A stretch of DNA of 64,000 nt from Scyliorhinus canicula (taxonomy: Eukaryota), in the NCBI RefSeq assembly GCF_902713615.1, contig NC_052147.1, positions 202,089,140-202,153,139 of the forward strand, in the 5' to 3' direction. Of the stretch, positions 26,201-39,700 are shown one piece after another (positions within the stretch are counted from its first letter, which is position 1; each line of letters opens with the position of its first letter). The notes beneath the pieces were generated by a model. That model searched no databases, was not told the DNA's origin, and saw only the letters and a list, made by a program, of their open reading frames with translations. Position numbers and translations under genes: made by a program.

Positions 26201-29200
26201 AAGGGACAGAGAGTGAAAATAGGGAATTAATGGAGAATAAGGAAATGGTGAAAGCATTGAATGGATGAGGTGAAATGGATTATTCCCTTGTGTTAGTTCT
26301 CACTCCACATGACAGAAGCCCACTCTGGTAGCTATATTCATCAGTACTGAGCACCAAATCACTCTTGGTGATGGATCTTGCACAGTGGTTAGCACTGTTC
26401 CTTCACAGCGCCAGGGTCCATGGTTTGAATCCCGGCTTGGATCACTGTCTGTGTGGAGTTTGCATGTTCTCCCTGTGCCTGCGTGGGTTTCTCCGGGTGC
26501 TCCAGTTTCCTCCCGAAGTCCCGGAAGACGTGCTGTTAGGTAATTTGGACATTCTCTATCTCCCCCCTGTACTCTGACTCATTGTTGTTTGAGATCCGAC
26601 CCACTATGGTCGTGGTATCAGCAAACGCGTAGATGGTGTTGGAGCCGAATTTTACCAGATAGACGCGCGTGTACAGGGCATATAGTAGGGAGCTAAGTAC
26701 GCAGCCTTGCGGGGCCCCAATATTGAGGACTATCATGGAGGAGGTGTCGTTGGTTATCCTTACTGATTGTGGTCGATGGGTCAGGAAGTCGAGAATCCAG
26801 TTGCAAAGGGAGATGCCAAGTCCTAGATTTTGGAGTTTGGCTATGAGCTTGGCTGGTATTATGGCGTTGAATGCAGAGCTGTAGTCAATGAATAGGAGTC
26901 TAATGTCGGAGTGCTTTTTGTCGAGATGCTCCAAGGATGAGTGTAGGGCCAGGGAGATGGCGGCTGCTGTGGACCGGTTGTGGCGATTATGCGAATTGCA
27001 GTGGATTGACCATGCTAAATTACTCCTCAATTGGAAAAACAAAATGAAAAAGCATTACATGACGTATAACATATGAGTATAGTGATCCAATTCCGATTTG
27101 CATGCATCTACTTAATTATAATATCACCCAATACATATTTTTCTCTGTTTATCTAATAACTTCCAGATATAGGTATGATAAGAATATATTTTGACCAGTG
27201 ATGTATAAATTCCCTTCCCCATTGTTCCTTGTTGTAGCGAACACACATATAGCTGCACAGTGTTCAATTGAATCCTTGTATGCGAATTGTGTAAACAAAG
27301 CTTTCTCTATAATCTGGTCCTTGGTTGTTGTCTGTGGATAGTCTGAGCTGAAACAACTGTTTTCTCATCACTAGTTTTCCGTCTTTGAGAATTTAGCAGC
27401 TAGCAGCTTGTGTGGCTTGTATGATTTTTAATCTTTTCAAGGGATAAAGGAAACATTCAGCTGACTTTGTAGAAATAAAAGTCAATTCTGATTCTTATTC
27501 TCTCAATAAACTGAATATTAATCACTTTGTACATTGAATAATTGTTTTCCAGACCATGGCGTGTTTGGCAATGATCATGTGGTATATTATCACCAAGCAA
27601 AATAATCTTCTGGGTCAAGTCCTGGTGTTCATTGTGCTATATAGTTCTTTGTATAGTACATATGTATGGACAGGTAAGGTGCCTAAAATGTAATTAATGT
27701 TAGAAGGCTGTTTCAGCCCAAGCAGTTGCCTTTCCTCATTTGTATGTTGTAATAATTTCTTGCATATGTCCAAGTCGGTAATGGATTTGCTCTGGGAGCC
27801 ATCGACATTGACTCAGGAGCCCAGGATGTCTCATGGCATGATGATGAAAACAAGGATAAGAAAACTCCCTACTGCTTTCCACATATCAGGAGTGTGATGG
27901 AATACTCTCCACTTGCCTGGATGAGTAGAGCTCCAACAACACTCAAGAAGCTCTACATCATTCCCAAGGACAATTAGGAATGAGCAATAAATGCAGGCCT
28001 AGCCAAAAATGCTTGCGTCCCATGAAAGAATAAAAAATAATACAGGACAAAACATCCTGCTTGATTGGCACCACAGCCGCAGCCTTCAACATTCACTCCC
28101 TCTACCACCGGCACACAGTGGCAGCAGTGTGTACTATCTGCAAGATGCACTGCAGCAACTCTCCAAGGTTCATAAAAACTAGGAGCAGGAGTGGTCCCTC
28201 GAGCCTGCTCCGCCATTCAATGAGATCATGGCTGATCTTTTGTGGACTCAGCTCTACTTTCCGGCACGAACATCATCACCCTTAATCCCTTTATTCTTCA
28301 AAAAACTATCTACCCTTACCTTAAAAACATTTAATGAAGGAGCCTCAACTACTTCACTGGGAAAGGAATTCCATAGATTCACAACCCTTTGGGGGAAGAA
28401 GTTCCTCCTAAACTCAGTCCTAAATCTACTTCCCCTTATTTTGAGGCTATGCCCCCTAGTTCTGCTTTCACCTGCCAGTGGAAACAACCTGCCCGCATCT
28501 ATCCTATCTATTCCCTTCATAATTTTATATGTTTCTATAAGATCCCCCCTCATCCTTCTAAATTCCAACGAGTACAGTCCCAGTATACTCAACCTCTCCT
28601 CGTAATCCAACCCCTTCAGCTCTGGGATTAACCTAGTGAATCTCCTCTGCACACCCTCTAAGCGCCAGCACGTCCTTTCTCAAGTAAGGAGACCAAAACT
28701 GAACACGATACTCCAGGCGTGGCCTCACTAACACCTTATACAATTGCAGCATAACCTCCCTAGTCTTAAACCTCATCCCTCTAGCAATGAAGGACAAAAT
28801 TCCATTTGCCTTCTTAATCACCTGTTGCACCTGTAAAGACTGGGCAGCAAATAGATGGCAAAACCACCACCTGCAAGTTTTCCTCCAAGTTACACACCAT
28901 CCTGACTTAAAACTATAGTGCGGTTCCTTCACTATCACTGGGTCAAAATCCTGGAAATTAGTTCCTAACAGCACTTTGGGTGTAATTATGCCACATGGAT
29001 TGAAGCGGTTCATGAAAGCGGCTCACTACCACCTCCTCAAGGGCGAGATGCAGATCATGCCGGCGGAGCGATTCAAGTAACGTGCCATTGGCCTGGCGCG
29101 GAGCCCAATTTGGGGCTCATGCAGAATTCACTGATTGCGCCCGGATCTGTGCCAGGCGCATCAGGGTTTCTAAATTGCACCAGTAGTAATATTACCTGAT

Positions 29201-32200
29201 GAAGGAGCTGAGCTCCGAAAGCTAGTGACTCCAAACAAAACTGTTGGACTTTAACCTGGTGTTGTAAGACTTTTATTTTAAGAACAGACAGCTTATCTGA
29301 TCATTTATTTCATTAATTTGATCTCTGATTAACAACACAGTTAGTTCAGTAAGTTCTTGAAAAATGGTTTAAAATGTCTCCAACCAATTTCTTTTAATAG
29401 GCCTCATAGCACTGTCATTACTTCTGTTGGAGAAAAATGCATTCAAGCAAAGAGGATTCTTCATTATTGCAGGATGGGGGTGAGAAAACTTTGAATTTTC
29501 CACTTTTAATCTGTGCTCCAAAAGGTTTTTTGAAATGAATGAAAAATGAATGAAGTGGTAGTGGGAAATCATTCGTGTTTTCAAATCGTATCTATGGGTA
29601 CAGGAAATGAGAGTGTAATTCAACCACAAACTGAAGACCGGGGCAGGGTAACATGCTTTTCTGTGTTACTGTCACGGAGGTAATGGGTAAGATTCACCCT
29701 TTGGGAGACTATGGGCGAGATTCTCTGCCTCGTGACACCCCAAATGAGTATGCTCTTGTGAATCTGTTCAGTAACTGCCATCTATGATTTCTTTAAGTTA
29801 GGACCTATCAAGTCAAGTTTCACTCTGGGGTCTGTGACTTGTCCTGTATTCACATCAGCTGAGATTGTAACAACCTGAGGATTTGTGAATAGTGCTGAAC
29901 ATTGTGCAATCATCTAGAAACATCCCCATTTCCGACCTTACGATGGAGGGAATATCATTGATGAAGTTACTGGGCTGAGGACACTATCTTGGAGAACTCC
30001 TGCAGTGATGTCCCGGCACTGAGATGTTTGACCTCCAACAACTACAGAAAGCTTTCTTTGTGCTGGGTATGACTCCAACCAGGAGAGAGTTTTCACCCTG
30101 ATTCCCAGTGACTTCAGTTTTGCCAGGGCTCCTTGATGCCATATTCGTTCAAATACGACTTGATGACATGGGCCATCACTCCACCTCACCTCTGGAGTTT
30201 AGCTCCTTTGTCCATGTTTAGATCCTTTGTCCATGTTTAGATCAAGGTTGTAATGAAGTCAGGAATGGCGTAGCCCCAGCGGAATCCAAACTGAGCATCA
30301 GTGAGCAGGTTATTGCTGAATAAGTGCCACCTGATAACATTGTTGATGACTCCTCCCATCACTTTGCTGATGATCAAGAGTAGACTGATGGGGCGGTAAT
30401 TCGCCAGTTTGGATTTTTCCTGCCTTTTGTGGACAGGACATTCCTGGACAATTTTCCACAATGCCAGATGTATGCCAGTGCTGTAACTAAACTGGACCAG
30501 CTTTCTGAATGGTGTTATGCTTGAGTTTTGTTGGAGCTGCATTCATCCAGGCAAGTGGAGAGCATTCACTTACACTCCTGGCTTGTGCCTTGTAGATGAT
30601 GGACAGGCTTTGGGGAATCAAGAGGTGAGTTACTCGCTGCAGGATGAAATGAAAATCGCTTATTGTCACAAGTGGGCTTCAAATGAAGTTACTGTGGAAA
30701 GCCCCTAGTCGCCACAATCTGGCGCCTGTTCGGAGAGGCTGGTGCGGGAATTGAACTGTGCTGCGGGCCTGCCTTGGCCTGCTTTCAAAGCCAGCGATTT
30801 AGCCCTGTTCTAAACCAGCCCCTAAACCAGCCTACGAGGATTTGTAGCATCTGACCTGCTCTAGTAGCCACAGTATTTATATGACAAGTCCAGTTCCGTT
30901 TCTGGTCAATGGAAACTCCCAAGATGTTGATAGTTGAGGATCCAGTGATGGTAATATCATTAAATGTCATTGGGCAATGGTTAGATAATCTATTGTTGGA
31001 GATACTCATTGTCTGGCATTTGTGTGGCAGGGATATTACTTGTCACTTAAAAGCCCAAGCCTGGATATTGTTCGAGTCTTTCTGCATTTGGACATGGATT
31101 GCTTCAGTATTTACGGAGTGGTCTATGGTGCTGAACACTGTGCAGTCATCAACGAAGATCCGTACTTTTGATCTTACGGTGGAAGGAACGTCACTGATGA
31201 AGCAGCTGAAAATGGTTGCACCTAGGAAACTACCTTGAGAAACTCTTGCAGTGATGCTCTGGAACTGATGACATGATTGACCTCCAACAACCACAACCAT
31301 CTTCCTTAATGCTAGGTATGACTCCAACCAGCAGAGAGTTTTCCCCCCGATTCCAAATTACTCCAGTTTTGCTGGAACTACTTGATGCTACACTCTGCGA
31401 GATGCTGCCTTAATGTCAAGGGTAGTCACTCTCACCTCCTGGGGATGATTCTGTCACCCACCTGCCGCAAGAACGCCATTGACCTCAGGCAGGATTCTCC
31501 GGTCACCAGGCGGACGTGGCCGGAGAATCCCACCCCTGGAATTCAGCTCGTTTTTCCATGTTCAAATCAAGGCTGTAATGAGGAGCTGAGTTAATCAACG
31601 CCCATAAAAGGTGCTCAGCAGGCTTGAAGGAGTAACTGAAGCCTCTGAACCATCTAAAGCAGGCCTGATTTTGCACAATGCACATTTTATTTCACATGTT
31701 TGTACATGCATTCACAGCAGTGCTTGAATGTGAGCTAAAGTCACCTTGAAACATATGTAATCAAAAACCTTGATGTCATTACTGAAAGTCTATGTTAAGA
31801 TTAATTGTAGTAAGTTTTCTGCCATGTCCATGTCTATAAGACCCGTACTACAGATGTGACTTTATTTCATGATGCTTGCCTCAGCTAATATCCTTTTTAT
31901 ATTTATTTGTTAATGCATTATTGTGACCCATTATTCTCGCAATTAATAGCTGTAAGTTTTTGTTCTATTAGAATACCGGCATTTGTTGTAGGAATGCTAT
32001 TGATTACTGGTCATCCAAATACACAACTACTGGAAGATTCAGCATTCTTTTATGGAAATACTCAGGTATGAATTAAGTGGCATCTCTGAATCACCTTCAA
32101 AGTATATCGCTAAAACAAGTACAAGTTCTTATATACATTGACTAGCATGGAAATTCTGTCTACAGAGATCTACATTTTCTTCCAACTGTTGTCCTAGAAT

Positions 32201-35200
32201 AATGTAAACCACTGATGCATTTATCACCAACATGCAAGTTTGGAGAAATGTGAAAGTAATTCACTTTTTATATACTTTATTTTGAAATACTTGAAATTTG
32301 GTAGTGTATTACTGTTGAGGTCAAGATGGAACATATTTTTATAATTCAGTGCTTAAATCATCAAAAGAAAAGCTTTAAAAAAATCACTGGAAGAATGAGC
32401 TTTAATAGTTATAGCTTACAATGATGGAATCCACCAGATACATAGAATTTATGACACAGAAACAGTTCTTTTGCTGGCTGTTTCTGCTCCACATCAGCCT
32501 CCCACCCATTATATTTATTTTCAAAGACCAGCAGAAGCTGGGAAATATCACTGCTTTTGCTGTGTGCTCACCAGTGATCTCTTCTTTGTAGTGTAATCTA
32601 TAGGTCAATTTTAATAACTGGCATCAATAAGGCAGCTCCAGGACACAACTTGTGTGCAGGAATAGCTCAGGAGGGGTGCAGATGCGCAGGGTGATGGGCC
32701 CTGATGCTGCAAGTTTGCGACTGAAGAAAAGTTCGGGTAGTTTCTTGGATTTTCATCAGGCTAAGAGGGAAGTGGTAGTTTGACCTGAGAGTATTAAGAC
32801 TCCTCTATTTTTCTGTAGCTCACAGGACCAAGTTGAATGCAAATAGCTTTCTGCAGTGTTTTTGTTTTTGGTTCTGAGCCATGAAAATAAATTAGCTCCC
32901 AAAGTTCAATCCTCGGTCATTGCTTCGTGAACTGATCTGATAGGGAGCCATAAGTGGACCTATAATTAGCCTCAGTGACGTGGAAGAGAACAATGCCTTT
33001 GTGAGATTGCAAATAAAGGAGAAATTATACTGTAATTTGCTATGTTCAGACAATGTGTATCTATTAGAACATTAATTAGGCTTTTGAAAGGTGGTTCTGC
33101 AATACATTATCGTATTTGCTAAAAATTAGATGGATGGGTGGAATTTAACATATGTAGTCTCACTGTTCACTAATGTTAACAAGACTGTTCATATAATTAT
33201 AAAACAGCATAGTTCCAAGTTTTATGTCAACAAATGACTAATTGTGGAAATGCACGGTATTCTTTATTGTATTGAATTGACTGAAGAAGCTCCATCTTGG
33301 TATTGAAATGAAATGAAATGAAAATCGCTTATTGTAACGAGTAGGCTTCAATGAAGTTACTGTGAAAAGCCCCTAGTCGCCACATTCCAGCGCCTGTCCG
33401 GGGAGGCTGATACGGGAATCGAACCGTGCTGCTGGCCTGCTTTAAAAGCCAGCGATTTAGCCCAGTGAGCTAAACCAGCCCCTATTGTCTTAGCTGAGAT
33501 TTGAGAAATATAACTTTACTTGAAAAGCAGCACTGTAAATATCCATTATTTTTCTATTATATTTTTGCAACTTATGTACAGTCTTGGTGTAATGTGACAT
33601 CCCAAGGCAATTCATAGTACATCAAACCTGGGGGAAAAGACTCACTATTTGACTGGAGAGTTGAATTTTGAAGAGGCTTTTGGAAGTGTAAAGAGATGTG
33701 GAGAGTTTCAGAAGAGATTTTCAGAATGTAAGGTCACAATGGTTCATGGATCTGCCACTAGTGTTAGATCGAAGGCAGTGGGGTTGGAGTGACGCAGAGA
33801 AATCTGGACAAGGGGCTGGTTTAGCTCACTCAGCTAAATTGCTGGCTTTTAAAGCAGGCCAGCAGCACGGTTCGATTCCCGTACCAGCCTCCCCGGACAG
33901 GCGCCGGAATGTGGCGACTAGGGGCTTTTCACAGTAACTTAATTGAAGCCTACTCGTGACAATAAGCGATTTTCATTTTTCATTTCAGGAGGAATTGAAT
34001 TAACTGAGAATGCTAGGGCTGTAGGAGATTTCATAGGTAAAATGGAAAGATGCCAGAGTGGATTTTATAATAATGCTAATGCTTTAATGCAATCGGAAAT
34101 GAGCTAGAATTGGCCAGTCAGAACTGGGTACCTAAAGTTGTGAGCTCCGTATGAATTGGAAATTGTAGTGCAGCTCAGAAGGTGGCTGGAAGAACAATTC
34201 CCCCAGTGACGAAGGCAAGGATGTGAATTCCATCGACGGTACGGTTAACCAGGGAAAAGCGACAGGATTGGAAAAACTGGTCAGAGCCTTTACTATCTCC
34301 TTTTTGACATTCATAAGAACTAGGAGCAGGAGTAGGTCATCTGGCCCTTTGAGCCTGCTCCGCCATTCAAGGACTTGAAGACTTAATTGCCTTGATTCCA
34401 GTTTACCTGTCATTTCATAAAGTCACAGAGACTTACAGCCCAGAAATGGGCGATTGGACTTATCATTCTGTACTGGCTCCATAAAAGAACTGTTAAAATT
34501 AGACCCAGCTTTATCCACATAATCATGCATATTGGTTCTCTTCAAATGTATGTCCTATAGTCATCACCATTTCAGTTAATGCGTTCCAAATGTATGTCCT
34601 ATAGTCATCACCATTTCAGTTAATGCGTTCCAGAATGTAACAAAAGAATGGGTGCGATTCAGCGGACTTGAGGTACTGAGAAACATCTCGCTATTCGATG
34701 GTACTTTGCCAGTTTGTTTTGGCCTCGGGCAGATTCTCTCCACCGAGACTGCACTTGGAGGGATTTCCAGCTGGCTAGCTAAAGCTCACCGGTAGGAAAG
34801 GCTCCTCCCAGATCAGATCACTATTTTATCTGTCTGCCCCAATCTCTTTCTCCTCCTCCCTTTTTTTCTGAACCCCGGGCTAGATCCCTAGCAGTGCCAA
34901 CCTGGCATCCAGGCACACTGGCACTGTCCACCCGGTGTCCTAACAGTGCCAGAGTGGCACTGGATCAGCTGTGTGGTGAGCACCAGATAGTGTCCTAGGA
35001 GCCTCTTCACTAACATGCCCAACCAAGGTGAGTGCCTCTGGAATACTGCAGGGTGTTGGAGACAGCTGTGACAGAAAATCACCGTCATCCTGCGACCCGA
35101 GCTTGGGGTCTCCTGAGTCTCGGGCGGAGGGCTGGTGTCCGAGCTGCTTTCAACGTTGGTGCCCGACTCACAGGAGGACTCCGGCTGTGGCACCTGAACC

Positions 35201-36729
35201 ACCGAGTGTCTTTAACTGGGAGATGCACCTGTGAGAAAGAGATTGTGAAATTCTACAAATGTCACCTAGAAGGAGGCAGAGGTGAAGAAATGCAGGGCTG
35301 TGTTGACTTTGATCTTCACTCGAAATGCATACCCACCTTGGTCCAATTAGAAAGACACTCATTCTTGACTGGATAAAGCTACTGTATAAGGAGCCGAAGG
35401 CGAGTGTCTGCGCAAATAATGTCAGCTCGGGATATTTTGCTCTCCACCGTGGGACTAGGTAGGGATGTCCCATGTCCTCCATGTTGTTTGCGCTCGCGAT
35501 TGAGCCGCTGGCCATTGTGTTAAGAAGTTTGGGGGGTTATGGAAAGGGATAGTGTGGTGGGGGAGGGTAGAGTTTAGGGTGTTGTTATATGTGGATGATT
35601 TGCTGTTATACGTGTCATAACCGAGTGTGTCAATAGGGGGAATATTGGAGCTGCTTTGAGTGTTTGGTTCTTTCTCGGGGTACAAATTAAACTAGACAAG
35701 AGTGAGTATTTTGTGGTGTCTCGGCCGGGAGTGGGGGCAGGGGTGGGGGGGCTGCCATTCCGTAGGGCAGGGACTCACCTTAGATATCTGGGGTGCAGGT
35801 TGCTCGGGATTGGGGAGACTCCGTAGGTACAACATTTGTAGTTTGGTGGGGAGAGTGAAAGCTGTCCTGGCGTGGTGGGATGGTCTCCTGTCACTGGCGG
35901 GTTGGGTACATGTGGTTAAAATGAACGTGTTGCCACGATTTCTGTTTATTTTTCAATGCCTGCCGATGTTCCTGCCAAAAGCATTTTTTTTTACAAAGAT
36001 TGAAGGAATGAATACCTCGTTCATATGGGGAGGGAAGGTGGCCAGAGTGAGAAAGGTGCTGCTACAGAGGGGAAGACAGCAGGGGGTTTGGGCCTTCCGA
36101 ACCTGATGTATTATTACTGGGCGGTGAATGTGGAGAAGGTACGGAGCTGGGTCAGAGGGGTTGACTCCCAATGGGTCAGAATGGAGGAGAGTTTGTGTAG
36201 GGGGTCGGGATTGAAGGCACTAGCAACAGCGCCGCTCCTGATGGCCCAGGATAAGTACTCAGGGAGACTGGTAGTGATAGCATTGTTGCGAATTTGGAGG
36301 CAGTTTAGCCAGCACTTCAGTTGGGGGCAGGGTCAAGGGAAATGCAGATTTGGGGGAATCATAGATTATTTGAGTGAGGGAAGAGGGACGGGAATTTTTG
36401 GAGATGGGAGGAGAAGGGAGTTGTTCTTAGGGAGTCGGTTTGCAGGATTGAAGGAGCTGGTTGCGAAGTATGGGCTGGAACAGGAAATGTTTCCTCCCAC
36501 AAGCCCCGAAAGACGTGCTGTTAGGTAATTTGGACATTCTGAATTCTCCCTCTGTGTACCGGAACAGGTGCCAGAATGTGGCAACTAGGGGCTTTTCACA
36601 GTAACATCATTGCAATGTAAGCCTACTTGTGACAATAAAGATTTTTTTTTAGGTGGTATATAAAGCACACTTCACAAAGGTGAGGATGAGCCGGCTCTTT
36701 GAGGAGGCAGAAGATGTGTGTGAACGTTG

Positions 36730-36761
<32 letters not shown>

Positions 36762-39700
36762 CGGTGTGCAAACCACGTTCATATGTTTTAGTCCTATCCA
36801 AAGCTGGAGGATTATTTGAAGAGGGTTTTTAGGGTAATCTCTAAGGTGGTGCACGTGAAACTTGACCCGGGCCCTCTCGAGGCCATATTCAGGGTGTCGC
36901 ACCAGCCAGGGTTGAAACGGGTGCGGAGGCAGATGTTGTAGCCTTTGCCTCGTTGATCGCCTGAAGGCGAATCTTGTTGGGGTGGAGGTCAACCTATCCA
37001 CCCTGTGCCCTGGCGTGGTGGGGCACCTGCTGGAATTCCTAACTCTTGAGAAGTTAAAGTATGAACTGAGGGGAAGGATGGAGGGGTTCTACAATTCATG
37101 GGTGTTATTCATTATGCACTTTCGAGAATTGGATGACATCGAACATTAGGGTGGGGGGGGGGGGGGGGGCTGTGTATGTTGATGGTGACTATGGGTGATT
37201 CCTGATTACCTTTTAATTTGATGTTTGTGTTGACATGTTGGTTGTTGTTTGGGGGTTGGTGGGAGGATGGGATTGTTGTTGTTGATGAGGGGATTGACAT
37301 TGTATTTGTTACCATTGATTGTTTGTTGTTGGGTGTAAATTTTGAAGAAAATGTGAAAAGGGGGGAGAATAAAAAAGTATTTTTGAAAAAAAAGAAATAC
37401 CCTCACTCAACACCTCCCACCATTCCAGAACTTATTGTAACCTTTGAAAGAGCTGACAACACTCTCATTCTCCAGTGCTTCTCTCCCATTGCCCCACTCT
37501 GTGGGCTGCTCTTGATTGGTTCCACACATGCCTATCTGGTCGAAGCCAAAGCATCTTCAGCAATTACTTCTTCTCCTGCTCCTACGTCATTACTTCCCAT
37601 GATCTGCCTTTGACCCCCTCCTACTACTATCCCTTCAAGTCTACAGACTTCAACATGTACACTGATCACTGCCATCTTTATCATGGTTACTGCATAGAAG
37701 GAGACTAATCAACACAGCTCTCTGCAAGGGCATTTTAACTAGTTCCACTCCCTTACCCGTTCCTGGAATCCAGTACATTTCACTCTCATGTGTTTCCGTA
37801 CCAGCCTCCCCGAACAGGCGCCAGAATGTGGCGACTAGGGGCTTTTCACAGTAACTTCATTGAAGCCTACTCGTGAAAATAAACGATTTTCATTTCATCC
37901 AATTTCTTTTATAAAGCTTCTCCACTGCTTCCGTCTCCCATTCCATTGTCAGACGGCATTTCCACCATCTTGTTTTCTGTGAGCAAAATTCACCTGCAAT
38001 TTAAAAGTTGGGAAGACTGAATCCATGGTTTTCTGCTCCTGCTGCAAATTCCATTTCCTTGTCATTATTTCCATCCACCTCCCCCACTTCCCTGTCCCTC
38101 CGATTCTGGCCTCTTGTGCTGCGAAGCTTAACATCATAAACTTGGATGTGGAGATGCCGGCGTTGGACTGGGGCGAGCACAGTAAGAAGTCTTACAAAAC
38201 CAGGTTAAAGTCCAACAGGTTTGTTTCAAATTGCTAGCTTTCGGAGCACTGCTCCTTGCTCAGGAGAATGAAGAGGTGGATTCCAGAAAGATATATATAT
38301 AGACAAAGTCAAAGGTGCAAGATAATACTTTGAATGTGAATCTTTGCAGGTAATTAAGTCTACAGGTCTAGACGGAGCAACAGGAGAGAGGGATAATCCC
38401 AGGTTAAAGAGGTGTGAATTATCACAAGCCAGGACATTTGGTAGGATTTCGCAAGCCCAGGCCAGATGGTGGGGGGGTGAATGTAATGCGACACAAATCC
38501 AAGGTCCCGGTTGAGGCCGTACTGTTCTGGCTTGAGACAATTCACACCTCTTTAACCTGTGATTATCCCTCTCTCCAATTGCTCCGCCTGGACCTGAGAC
38601 TTAATTACCTGCAAAGACTTGCATTCAAAGTATCGTCTTGCATCTTTGCCTTTGTCTGTATATATATTTCTGAAACCCACCTCTTCATTCACCTGAGGAA
38701 GGAGCAGTGCTCTGAAAGCTAGTGATTCGAAACAAACCTGTTGGACTTTAACCTGGTGTTGTCAGACTTCTTACTGTGCTCATAAGCTTGTGACAGCAAT
38801 AAAGTGTGACAGATAGCTTACGTATAATGTACTGACGTTTTCAATTATTAGACAGGGCTCCCATGCAAAATGAGGTAGATCGTACAAAGTTTAATGTAGT
38901 AGAACTAAAATGCTGCAGTGAAAGAAATTGTTTGCACGCTAGAGCTTCCATAAAGATGTATATTTTTATTGAGAAAATGTTTCACTATAACACAGTAGAA
39001 ACACAAAACAAATACAATCCCAAATCCCCCCCCCCAAACATCTGATGGTGACCGTCGCCCTGAAATAGGAAATGAAAGGCTGCCACCTCGAGTCAAACCC
39101 TTCTGCTGACCCTATCAGGATGTACTTGACCTTCTCTAAGTACAAAGACTCCATAAGGTCACTCAACCATGACAAAGCACTGGGCCGAACCGGAGTCCGC
39201 CACCCAAGCAGAACTCGTCTCCGGGCTATTAACAAGGCAAAGGCAAGAGCACCTGCCTTCGCCCCCATCTGAAGCTCGAGCGAGTCTGAGACCCCAAAAA
39301 TAATCACTTGCAGACAAGGCTCCAGTTCAATCCCAAGAATCCCTGGCATGCTGTTGAAGAAGGAGACCCAAAAGCTCACAGGTTTAGGACATGACCAGCA
39401 CATGTGTTTATGATTCGCAGGCCCCGAGAACTGCGCTCGCACTTCCACTCCCACCCATCCACACCCTGGTCAGATGTGCCCTGTGCACCACCTTGAGCTG
39501 AATCAAGCTGAGCTTAGCACAGGAGGAGATGGAGTTGACCATGTGAAGAATCTCACGCCACACACCCCTCCATCAAAAACCGGACCCAGCTCTCTTTTCC
39601 ACTTATTTTTACCTCATCCAACAGAGCTTGCTCTATTGACAAAATCCAACGATAAATATCCCGATATCTTCCCCTCCCCCAACCCAGCCAGCAAAAGGAC

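Noticed and set aside
34650-35235. Harbinger coding fragment (similar unresolved GC-rich stretches at 8420-8945, 11690-12300, 44560-44990 and 51490-51990)
   Set aside because: They look like decayed DNA-transposon interiors, but I could not identify paired ends or transposase motifs.
38229-38266. Third hammerhead on the minus strand
   Set aside because: The core reads CTGAGCA rather than CUGANGA and helix I is disrupted, so it is probably dead.
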